Shown: positions 16,296 to 24,846 of the stretch, one piece after another
Layout: every line of letters begins with the position of its first letter
Numbering within the stretch: position 1 is the stretch's first letter
Assembly (NCBI GenBank): GCA_964554315.1
Contig: CAZKOI010000003.1
Span: 1 to 41,115 of the forward strand
Direction: 5' to 3'
Source: an uncultured Enterobacterales bacterium
GTDB taxonomy: Bacteria; Myxococcota_A; UBA796
DNA: 41,115 nt
Position numbers and translations under genes: made by a program
The notes under the pieces: model-generated
What the model was told of the DNA's origin: nothing
Database searches by the model: none
What the model saw: only the letters and a program-made list of their open reading frames with translations

Positions 16296-17795
16296 ATGAA
16301 CCGTGCTGCCCTCCTCTTTACCCTCGCGCTCAGCAGCCAAGCCTCCGCATCCGGCTACTACTTCACCGACATCGGTGTCCGGGGCTTCTCTCGTGGCGGT
16401 GCCTTTGTCGCAGGAGCCGACGATCTCACGGCCCTGTACTACAACCCGGCGGCGCTGACCCGCCTCGAGAAGCCTCAGGTCATGCTCAACGTGGCCGGAG
16501 TCCACCAGTCGGTGAACTTTCAGCGCTCCGGCGGGGAGGGCCTCGGCCCCTTCGATCCCGAGACTGGGGAGTACAGCAATGCGCGCTTTGGCGCCATCAA
16601 GAACACCGCACCGCCGTTTGCGATCCCCCACTTCGGCGTGAGCTCCAAGCTCGGCACCCCCAACACGACCTTCGCCTTCGGCTTCTACCCGCCTTACGCT
16701 CCCGATCTGTCCTACGACAAGGATGGCCCTCAGCGCTACTCGCTGATCGACACCATGGTCATTCAGACATCCCTCGGGCCGTCGATCGCCCACCGGGTGA
16801 ACGACTGGATCTCGGTGGGAGCGGGTGTCGCGTGGGGTGTTCTAATCGCCGAGCAGCAGCTCAAGATCTCGGTACCGTGGCAAGCCGACCGTGTCAGCGT
16901 CAGCTTCAATGCGGAGACGGGCGACTTCGATCTCGAAAATGAGACCCCTGCGAACGAGAATCCGGCGAACGATGTGGGGTTCGACTTCTCGGCCTCGGAC
17001 TGGGGTGGCCTCGCGTGGAACGCGGGCCTCTTGGTGGAGCCGCCCAGCAAGAAGTGGGCCTTTGGCTTGATGGTCCAGCCACCGGTCAAGTTCCACGCGA
17101 AGGGCAAGATGGAGGCGGACTTCTCCAACCACGTGTTGTTCACGGAGGGGTACCTGGGAGACCAGATCATCATGTCTGACCGCGTCACCGACGACGAGGT
17201 GACACTGAACATCACCATGCCGCTCATCCTGAAGATGGGCTTGGCGTTTCGGCCCACCGAGACCGCCGAGATCGAGCTGGCCGGCGTCTGGCAGAACTGG
17301 AGCAGCATCGATGCGGTTACGATCACGGGTCTCGATCTGGTCGTCGACCTGCAAGACGAGCACGCGACAACGCCCTATGCGAACCGAGAGGACGTCACCA
17401 TCAGCGACGACGTGGTCCTACCCACCAACTACGACGACGCGTGGTCTCTGCGCCTCGGTGGACAGAATCACTTTGGCGACTTTACGGCCCGAGCGGGCGC
17501 CTTCTTTGAGACCTCAGCGATCCCGACCAGCACCCAGAGTGTGTCCTTGGTCGACGGGCAGAAGATTGGGTACGGCGTCGGCGGCAGCTACCGGCCCAGC
17601 GCCGCGTGGAGTGTTGACTTCGGGCTGAGCCAGAGCTTCCTTGCCGAGAAATCCGTGAGCGACTCTGAGATCAAGCAGATCGCCGTGGAGCCCCTGACCG
17701 GCGACTTCGTGGATGGCACCACCATCGGCAACGGCACCTACCGGTCGCGCGTCCTCATCTTCGGCCTTGGGCTCAACTACACCTTCGGCACCTAA
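16296..17795 (+). CDS. outer-membrane transport protein, FadL/OmpP1/TodX-like
   Basis: Signal peptide MNRAALLFTLALSSQASA. The N-terminal hatch-like sequence is GVRGFSRGGAFVAGADDLTALYYNPAAL. Alternating beta-strand patterns run throughout, and the C-terminus LGLNYTFGT is aromatic. The family call is from pattern only. Confidence 0.65.
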   Translation: MNRAALLFTLALSSQASASGYYFTDIGVRGFSRGGAFVAGADDLTALYYNPAALTRLEKPQVMLNVAGVHQSVNFQRSGGEGLGPFDPETGEYSNARFGAIKNTAPPFAIPHFGVSSKLGTPNTTFAFGFYPPYAPDLSYDKDGPQRYSLIDTMVIQTSLGPSIAHRVNDWISVGAGVAWGVLIAEQQLKISVPWQADRVSVSFNAETGDFDLENETPANENPANDVGFDFSASDWGGLAWNAGLLVEPPSKKWAFGLMVQPPVKFHAKGKMEADFSNHVLFTEGYLGDQIIMSDRVTDDEVTLNITMPLILKMGLAFRPTETAEIELAGVWQNWSSIDAVTITGLDLVVDLQDEHATTPYANREDVTISDDVVLPTNYDDAWSLRLGGQNHFGDFTARAGAFFETSAIPTSTQSVSLVDGQKIGYGVGGSYRPSAAWSVDFGLSQSFLAEKSVSDSEIKQIAVEPLTGDFVDGTTIGNGTYRSRVLIFGLGLNYTFGT

Positions 17796-17885
17796 GCCGT
17801 TGCTCCACCTCGACGGCTCCATGGACCGAGGCGCTGCTCAGGCGGCCTCAAGGGGTTAGACCCCTGCGTCCGCCCGAGAGGTCTC

Positions 17886-19172
17886 ATGTCCATCAATATC
17901 CAAGAACATCTCGATGATGACACCGACGACGCCTGCCGGCGCGCGGTGACAGAGAGCGTCGACGGGCTCCGCGGCTCGCAGATTCTCGCCATCGCCACCA
18001 GCGTTCGGGCCCTCCTCGCCGAGGGCAAGGAGGTCTGCAACCTGACCGTTGGCGACTTCAAGCCCTCGGAGTTTCCGGTTCCCGACCTCCTCGTTCAGGA
18101 AATCCAAGCCGCCGTCGCTCGCGGTGAGACCAACTACCCTCCATCGGATGGTCTTCCGGTCCTTCGTGAGGCCATCGCGGGCCTCTACGAGCGTGAACTG
18201 GGTCTCGACTATGGCGCAGACGGCGTCGTTGTTTGCTCCGGTGCTCGCCCCGTGCTCTACGCCACGTGGCGCCTGTTCACCGACCCCGGCGACAAGACGG
18301 TCAGCTTCCTCCCGGCGTGGAACGTCGGGTACTACGCCCACATCTTCCAGACCGACCACCACTTCATCGGAACGGCGCCAGAGACCAACTTCTTCCCAAC
18401 GGTAGAACAGGTGAAGGCCGCCCTTCCAGGGACGCGCCTCCTCGTGATGAACAGCCCCCTGAATCCCACCGGGACCGTCATCGACAAGGACGTCTTGCGT
18501 GGGATCGCCCAAGCGATTGTCGACGAGAACAAGCGCCGGGGTAGCGCGCCTCCGTGCATGCTGATGTGGGACGCCGTTTATTGGCAGCTCACCAAGGACG
18601 CGTTTCCCTTCTACTCGCCCGTCCAGCTGGTCCCGGAGGTGGCGCCCTATGTCGTCCACATCGACGCCATCTCCAAGGGCTTCGCCGCGACCGGACTGCG
18701 CGTCGGATGGGCGGTCTTGCCGCCGTACCTTCAGAAGAAGATGAAGGCCGTCATCGGCCACATGGGGGCATGGGCCGGTCGCCCAGAGCAAATCGCCACT
18801 GCCGCGCTCCTGAACAACGAGAACGTGGTCTCGACCTACAATCAGTGGATCAAGCGCGAAATTAACGCGCGTCTCGACGCGCTGTATGCCGGCATCACGG
18901 CGATGAAGGCCGACGGCCTGCCCCTTGATGCCATCGAGCCACAGGGTGCCATCTATCTCAGCTTCCGGGTTGACCTGCCGGGCCGAACCAATGAGTCCAT
19001 CCGAGCGCTGCTCTTGGACGAAGCGGGGATGGCGGTGGTGCCGTTTCAGGCCTTCGATATGCCCGAGGACTCCGGCTGGTTCCGCATCAGCGTCGGGGCC
19101 GTCGGCCAGGCTGAGATTCCCCCCATGCTGGCGCGCCTAGAGCGCCTGCTCCAGAGAGAGGCCCGCCCATGA
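17886..19172 (+). CDS. class I/II PLP-dependent aminotransferase (aspartate aminotransferase-like)
   Basis: 428 aa with NSPLNPTG and the PLP-lysine motif ISKGFAATGLRVGW. GAGAGG lies upstream of the ATG. Confidence 0.85.
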   Translation: MSINIQEHLDDDTDDACRRAVTESVDGLRGSQILAIATSVRALLAEGKEVCNLTVGDFKPSEFPVPDLLVQEIQAAVARGETNYPPSDGLPVLREAIAGLYERELGLDYGADGVVVCSGARPVLYATWRLFTDPGDKTVSFLPAWNVGYYAHIFQTDHHFIGTAPETNFFPTVEQVKAALPGTRLLVMNSPLNPTGTVIDKDVLRGIAQAIVDENKRRGSAPPCMLMWDAVYWQLTKDAFPFYSPVQLVPEVAPYVVHIDAISKGFAATGLRVGWAVLPPYLQKKMKAVIGHMGAWAGRPEQIATAALLNNENVVSTYNQWIKREINARLDALYAGITAMKADGLPLDAIEPQGAIYLSFRVDLPGRTNESIRALLLDEAGMAVVPFQAFDMPEDSGWFRISVGAVGQAEIPPMLARLERLLQREARP

Positions 19173-19504
19173 CCAACGACTTCGCAGACGAGACCTCCTT
19201 CCGCCAGGCCGTAAAGGCCGTCCTGATGACGCTCCTGGACCAGGTCGATGCCATAGACTCGGATGAGCATGACCCCTCGATGACAGACGGAAACTTAAAG
19301 GTCGTCTTCGAAGACGGAAGCACCTTTGTACTGTCCCAGCAGCCCCCGACTCGAGAGCTCTGGTTGTCGGCCAATTTCACCGCCTGGCACTTCATCAGAA
19401 GCGGTGGTGCGTGGCAGGAGCGGGACTCCTCAGAGGCCATGTTGGACGTGCTTTCTGCGCTGTTTTCCGACAAACTGGAGATGAACATTCAGTTCACCCT
19501 CTGA
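19169..19504 (+). CDS. cyaY: frataxin-like iron-binding protein CyaY
   Basis: 111 aa. FRQAVKAVLMTLLDQVDAID...DGNLKVVFEDGSTFVLSQQPPTRELWLSA...WHF aligns by eye along its length with E. coli CyaY (acidic helix, then the INRQ.P...WLA..GYHF block). The ATGA overlaps the aminotransferase stop. Confidence 0.85.
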   Translation: MTNDFADETSFRQAVKAVLMTLLDQVDAIDSDEHDPSMTDGNLKVVFEDGSTFVLSQQPPTRELWLSANFTAWHFIRSGGAWQERDSSEAMLDVLSALFSDKLEMNIQFTL

Positions 19505-19510
19505 GGACTC

Positions 19511-22500
19511 ATGTCGGCTTCACCGACACTCCCCGACCGCTACGAGCTGATCGGTAAGATCGGCGAGGGCGGGTCTTGCTCGGTCTACCGAGCCCGCGAC
19601 ACTCACCTCGAGCGGGATGTCGCCATCAAGGTGGTGCGTCGAAGCCTCGCCATCCATGCTCGATTTCGAGCACGGTTTGCCCGCGAGGTGACCCTCTCAG
19701 CCAAGGTCGTACACCCCCGCATCATTCCGGTGCTGGATACCGGTCGGCTCGACGATGGACGGCCCTACGTCTCCTTGGCCCACGCCGACCACGGCAGCCT
19801 CTCGGACATGCTCAGACAGCGCCCTCCCATGAGTGATGCGCTGCAGATCATCCACCAGGTCCTCGATGCTCTGGCCCACATTCACGCCCACGGCTTCCTC
19901 CACCAGGACCTCAAGCCCGCCAATGTGCTCTTGCACGCTCAGGGCTCGAACACCGTCGATGCCTGGGTGACCGATCTCGGCGTGGCTGGGGCGATCACCG
20001 AGCTGGCGCTTCAGCAGCAGGGCATGGGCGGCACCCCCGTCTGGATGGCGCCCGAGCAGCGAGAGGGGCACTACGCCGAGCTCGGCCCCTGGACGGACCT
20101 GTATGCCGTCGGCTTGATGCTCTTTGAGATCTTGGGCGGCGATCGCTCTGGCGATACTCCGGGCTCTCGACGCCTCCTCGACCCCCTACCGGCCGGGCCG
20201 CTGGGCCTCGCCGAGGACATCCCCGTCGCGCTGGAGAATGTCGTTCGAAACCTCCTCCAGCCCGATCCGAGAGAGCGCTACGACCACGCCATGGATGTCG
20301 CCCGAGCGCTTCAACAGGCGACCAGCGACAACACGCTCTCCATGCTCGTGCCTCAACCTGTCGGCACATTCATGAGCCAGAGCTTCTCCGAGTTCTTGGT
20401 CGGACAAGGCCACGAGAGCAACCCCAAGCCGATGGTTCCTGTGCCTGAGGCCGGGGTTCGCTGGAACCGTGTCCAGCCCGGCGAGATGCCTGCGGAGCCT
20501 CCACCCCATCCCGCATCCGGCGCCGAGATCGGCGGCCTCACCATGGTTGGCATGAAGGACCCCCCCATCGACAGGCATGAAGACATTCGGTGGATTCTCT
20601 GGCAGCAAGCGAGAGAGGTCGTTCAAACCGGTGAGCCTCGGGTGGTCCTGTTGATCGGCGAAGAGGGCGCAGGCAAGTCACGCACGGCCCGGAGCATCGT
20701 CCGCACGATTGCCGCGAGCGGTCACATGGAGACCGTAGAGCTGCGGTACCACCAGCCCGCAGGCCCTGAGGACGGCTACCGAGGCGCAGTCCAAGAGATC
20801 TTGGCCCCGTGGAACGATAACCGCGAACGCCTGCAGGCTCGTCTCACCCGATGGCTCAGCCGAGACCAACAGCGAGACCCCGCCTCGGTGCGCGTCGAGG
20901 CCAGCGTACTGGCCCGATGGTGCGGCTACATGCAGGAGGGAGAGACCCCAGTGAACGCAGCGGTGGGTCTCGCCTTTCTGTACCGGCACCTCCATGCGCG
21001 AGCGTGGCGAGGAGGGGCCCTGTTGCTCCTGGAGAAGGCTCACCTCGCTCAAGAAGCAGGCGATGGCCTCAGCATCTGCGATGCCATCATCGACAGGAGC
21101 ATCGGCGAGCGACCCTTCTTGGTGATCGCTACCCTCTCAGCGGATGCCATCCGAAACGATCCGAAGCTCGCCGCCCGCGTCATCTCCATGGAGCAGCGAG
21201 GTGCGCTCAAGCTTGAGCTGTCGAAAATGTCAGACAGCGAGATTCGCACATTCCTTCGCCAGAGCCTTTCGCTCGACCCCAACCTCGCCGAGACCATGGC
21301 GCCGCTGTGCGAGGGGAGTCCTGGCCGCGCCATCTTGTTGATCCGAGACATGGCCACGCGGGGACTCCTCCACCAGCGCAAGGACGGCACGCTCACGCTC
21401 GATCCTCTCGTGATGCAGGAGGAGCTGGAGTATGAGGACATCGAGAGCGTGTACCTGTCTCGCATCCGTGGTGCGATAGACTCAACCGAATCTCCAGACG
21501 CCGCCTATGAGGCGCTCGCCGCGACGGCACTGGCCGGCCAAGAGCCTCCCGCTATGGTGGTGCGGCAGGTCAACCCCCAGGGTCTCGATGCTCTGCTGGC
21601 GACCGGACTCCTGCGGCAGCAGGCATGGCGCCTGGTCTTCGAGCACAGCCAAATCCATCGCGCGGCACTCCAGATTGCCTTGGGTCGGCCTCAGGTCAAG
21701 GAACTCCATCGAAGGCTGGGCGACGCGTGGGAACGGCTCCGAGAGCAGACGGGAGCGGACGTCGACCTGCCGGTCGGCATCCATCGACTCCACGCTGGGC
21801 AGGCCGGACCCGCCGTGGTTCCGCTGATCCGCGCTGCGCGCCGCACCAATCAAGAGGGCCGACTGGCTCTATCCATGAATGCGGCACGGCTGAGCATCGA
21901 CGCCTCTGACAAGGCAGGAGGCTTAGCCGCCCGGGCGGAGGCCCGCATTCGAACCGCGAAGGCGCTCATCAGTAACTCTCGTCCGAGCGAGGCTGTCCGG
22001 GTCATCCGAGACGCCGCCGAGTTGGGAAAGATCGACCGACTCACCGAGGCCCGAATGGCCGTCACGCGAGCCCATGCCGAGACGGAGATAGGCCACCTCG
22101 ACAGTGCTCGACGCCACCTCAGCGACGCCATTGTGACCTTCCGAGCAACTCAGGATCGCGCCGGGCTCGTCGAGACGGCAGCAGCGATGGCGCGCGTGCA
22201 CCGCCTCGAGGGGCGCCCGGGTGAGGCGGCACTCCAGTACGAGCGCATGCTGGAGCTGAACCGCTCCGATAAGCGCATCGAGGGACAGGCGCTCAATGGA
22301 CTGGTTGAAGCCCGCTGCTCCAGCGGAGACCTCGACGGCATCGCTCCCATGCTCCAGCGCCTCCAGGCCGTCGCCGTTGAGACAGGCGACACCCGAAGGA
22401 TCGCCAAGGCCACCTTTGCGGCCGGCCTCGTTCACTTGACGCTCCGGGAGTTGACACACGCCGAGGACCACTTCCAAACGACGCGCGCTCTCGCCGTCAC

Positions 22501-22993
22501 CATAGGAGACGATCGCCTCCAGCTCGACGCCGAGAACAACCTCGGCGAGGTCTACCGGATGCGAGGCGACAGCCGGGAAGCGGAGCGAATGTACGAGGCT
22601 GTAGCGAGGCTTGCTCTGGAGCGAGAGTGGATGGCCAGCGCGGCCATCGCCCACATCAACCTGACCTTCATCTGCCAAGACCGCGAGGACAACCACTTCG
22701 CTCGAATCGCCATCGACGAGGCCGAGAAGTGCTTGGCCGACCTACCGGAGCACTGGGCCTGGATGTACGTGGGACTGATCCGGTCGGGGTGGGCTGCTGA
22801 GGTGAGCGATGAGCCTCGGTGTCGAGCGTGGTGGTCGGTCGCGAATGATCGCGGACTGGGACGGGTTATGTCGGTTGACCAGATCAAACCTCTCGAGCGG
22901 ATCATTCGAGCAGCAGAGACCAACGGCTGGTCAGACCTCGCGGTCCGGGCCGGTCACTACCGCGACGCGGTGATTGGAAACCACTCGGCCTAA
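19511..22993 (+). CDS. Ser/Thr protein kinase fused to a P-loop NTPase (STAND/AAA-like) and TPR repeats
   Basis: 1160 aa. The N-terminal Hanks kinase has IGEGGSCSVYRA, VAIKV, HQDLKPANVL, DLG and WMAPEQ. Walker A is LLIGEEGAGKS at aa 380-390. The C-terminal third is TPR-like helical repeats. It starts 6 nt after the cyaY stop. Confidence 0.85.
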   Translation: MSASPTLPDRYELIGKIGEGGSCSVYRARDTHLERDVAIKVVRRSLAIHARFRARFAREVTLSAKVVHPRIIPVLDTGRLDDGRPYVSLAHADHGSLSDMLRQRPPMSDALQIIHQVLDALAHIHAHGFLHQDLKPANVLLHAQGSNTVDAWVTDLGVAGAITELALQQQGMGGTPVWMAPEQREGHYAELGPWTDLYAVGLMLFEILGGDRSGDTPGSRRLLDPLPAGPLGLAEDIPVALENVVRNLLQPDPRERYDHAMDVARALQQATSDNTLSMLVPQPVGTFMSQSFSEFLVGQGHESNPKPMVPVPEAGVRWNRVQPGEMPAEPPPHPASGAEIGGLTMVGMKDPPIDRHEDIRWILWQQAREVVQTGEPRVVLLIGEEGAGKSRTARSIVRTIAASGHMETVELRYHQPAGPEDGYRGAVQEILAPWNDNRERLQARLTRWLSRDQQRDPASVRVEASVLARWCGYMQEGETPVNAAVGLAFLYRHLHARAWRGGALLLLEKAHLAQEAGDGLSICDAIIDRSIGERPFLVIATLSADAIRNDPKLAARVISMEQRGALKLELSKMSDSEIRTFLRQSLSLDPNLAETMAPLCEGSPGRAILLIRDMATRGLLHQRKDGTLTLDPLVMQEELEYEDIESVYLSRIRGAIDSTESPDAAYEALAATALAGQEPPAMVVRQVNPQGLDALLATGLLRQQAWRLVFEHSQIHRAALQIALGRPQVKELHRRLGDAWERLREQTGADVDLPVGIHRLHAGQAGPAVVPLIRAARRTNQEGRLALSMNAARLSIDASDKAGGLAARAEARIRTAKALISNSRPSEAVRVIRDAAELGKIDRLTEARMAVTRAHAETEIGHLDSARRHLSDAIVTFRATQDRAGLVETAAAMARVHRLEGRPGEAALQYERMLELNRSDKRIEGQALNGLVEARCSSGDLDGIAPMLQRLQAVAVETGDTRRIAKATFAAGLVHLTLRELTHAEDHFQTTRALAVTIGDDRLQLDAENNLGEVYRMRGDSREAERMYEAVARLALEREWMASAAIAHINLTFICQDREDNHFARIAIDEAEKCLADLPEHWAWMYVGLIRSGWAAEVSDEPRCRAWWSVANDRGLGRVMSVDQIKPLERIIRAAETNGWSDLAVRAGHYRDAVIGNHSA

Positions 22994-23020
22994 GCACAGA
23001 CCCTGCACCAAGGACATGCC

Positions 23021-23626
23021 ATGCTGACCCTCTTTCTTGTGACTCAAATCTTCGCTTGCATCGAGCCTCCGCCCACGGCAACCGAGGGCGGCCAGGAGCC
23101 CTCCGGCGCGGCCAAGCCGGGCGCACCGGAGCCAGGAGATGCACCACCACCCGCCGAAGGTGAGGGAGGGGGAACCCCAGCGATGGACGACGCCCCCAAC
23201 CCTGCCGCGGTTCCCGAGCCCCACGACGGCAGCCCGCCCGGTGCACCCAAGCCCCAGTTCTCCCAGGCCGAGCTCACCGAGGGCGTGCAGCTGAGCCTCT
23301 CGCTGGCCTGCGACGGCTGCACAGGCGACCTCCTCGTCCGCGTTGAGAACGCCTCCTCATCCCCTCCAACACTGGCGACGCAGAAGGCTTTCAGCGAACC
23401 CGGGGCGGGCACTATTCTGGCGCCAAAAGGGATCGATGCGGTGATCATGGTCGTGGACGATGCGGACAAGAACGGACAACCCACCCCAGGCGAGCGCATC
23501 GGGATCTGGACCGGAGGGCTCCTCAAGACCAGCGAAGCACCCGCGCTCGTGGAGCTTGAGGTCGGCAAGGTTCCCGATGAGCCACCGCTGCCTCCCGCGG
23601 AAGACGACCCCGGTCGGCCTCAGTGA
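23021..23626 (+). CDS. hypothetical lipoprotein with a Pro/Gly/Ala-rich linker
   Basis: MLTLFLVTQIFAC (lipobox-like FAC), then a low-complexity P/E/G/A stretch and a roughly 110-aa C-terminal domain. AAGGA lies 6 nt upstream of the ATG. It follows the kinase gene after 27 nt. Confidence 0.5.
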   Translation: MLTLFLVTQIFACIEPPPTATEGGQEPSGAAKPGAPEPGDAPPPAEGEGGGTPAMDDAPNPAAVPEPHDGSPPGAPKPQFSQAELTEGVQLSLSLACDGCTGDLLVRVENASSSPPTLATQKAFSEPGAGTILAPKGIDAVIMVVDDADKNGQPTPGERIGIWTGGLLKTSEAPALVELEVGKVPDEPPLPPAEDDPGRPQ

Positions 23627-24846
23627 CCTTCCGCGGTATTCACCCGCTCCAGGAAGGCCATCGAGACTTCGCGCGCCCGGGCAAACAACGCTGGGGCCTG
23701 CGCCGAGGCATCAAGCGCTGCTAGGCGCGCGTCCAGGGCAAGGAGGATGCCCTCTCGATTGGGACACTCCCAGTCCTGGTGGTGAAGCGGAAAATTCATC
23801 GCCAAGACCTGGCGAGCCAGATCGTAGTGGCCGCGACCGGCGAGAACCCGAACCCCCTCGTTCCGCAACTGCTTGATGTTGTAGTACCGGCTGCCGTGCT
23901 TGAAGGCGTCCAGCTGGTCGGTACGCGACTTCAAGAGGCTCAGGACAGCACCGGGCCGCTCGTTCAGGCGTGCATTGAGCACGTAGACCGTGTCCTCAAC
24001 CCACTGGCGGTGAACAGGCTCACTGAGGCTCAACTTCTCTAGGGTCCCGATGGCTTTGGGACCGGGCTCCCCCCCTACGTCGATGAGGCTATCCCCCGTG
24101 GGCATTCCCCCCACGCCCTCCACCGTGAATTCAGGCCGATCGACCGTGGTAGGGCAAACCCAGCCGGGGCACTCTCCGGCCGCCACCGCACGCCGCTGCG
24201 CGAGCTGACGTCCGAATGCATCCCGATCAAAGTACCCCCACGCGGTGTCTGGATGCAGCGCATCCGCCGCCTCCAGATAGAGCGCCCAAAGCTTGATCCG
24301 CATCTCGTGCCGATCGTCAAAGTCCTTGAAGCTGCTGATATCGGGGAGCTCGGCTGCTGAAGCCTCCATCCCACTCCCCTGCTCAGAGCCGGACCCCGCA
24401 CGCGCTCGAATACGATCAGCATCTCGACTTGCTGCCTGCTGAATGAGCGCGGGTATTCGCTGTGTCTGTTCAGACATAGGCTCAGCCATGCGCTCCATGT
24501 CGCGGGCAAGGGCAGCGTAGACCTCCGCTGCCTCGGCCATTCGCCCTTGGCCTGCTAGCCACCGCGCCCGGTCTCGCTCGATGACGCCAAGGTGCCCCAG
24601 CACCCTCACGCGCACACCATCCCAGTCGTGCTCACCATAGAACCTCGGGTCCGGGACGAAGCCGCCTGGATCATGGCGCCATGCCGGACTGTCGGCGGGG
24701 ATCGGCGGATGCTGAACACCCGGCTGGATTCCGATGACGTCCGGGGCGGTGACCGCGGCGGGCTTCGTCGGCGAAGGGCTCGCCACGGGCGGCGGCGCGG
24801 GTACCGGATCACTCGATGTGCAGGCGAGCACGAACCAGAGCATCAT
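23620..24846 (-). CDS. hypothetical lipoprotein (about 408 aa)
   Basis: MMLWFVLACTSSDP (lipobox VLAC). The ATG at 24846 forms an ATGA overlap with the upstream gene stop. No family recognised. Confidence 0.6.
   Translation of the reverse strand: MMLWFVLACTSSDPVPAPPPVASPSPTKPAAVTAPDVIGIQPGVQHPPIPADSPAWRHDPGGFVPDPRFYGEHDWDGVRVRVLGHLGVIERDRARWLAGQGRMAEAAEVYAALARDMERMAEPMSEQTQRIPALIQQAASRDADRIRARAGSGSEQGSGMEASAAELPDISSFKDFDDRHEMRIKLWALYLEAADALHPDTAWGYFDRDAFGRQLAQRRAVAAGECPGWVCPTTVDRPEFTVEGVGGMPTGDSLIDVGGEPGPKAIGTLEKLSLSEPVHRQWVEDTVYVLNARLNERPGAVLSLLKSRTDQLDAFKHGSRYYNIKQLRNEGVRVLAGRGHYDLARQVLAMNFPLHHQDWECPNREGILLALDARLAALDASAQAPALFARAREVSMAFLERVNTAEGH

Noticed and set aside
17851-17865. The hairpin AGGGGT-TAG-ACCCCT between the FadL-like gene and the aminotransferase gene, considered as a terminator.
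   Set aside because: It has only a 6-bp stem with a 3-nt loop and no U-tract, which is too weak to call.
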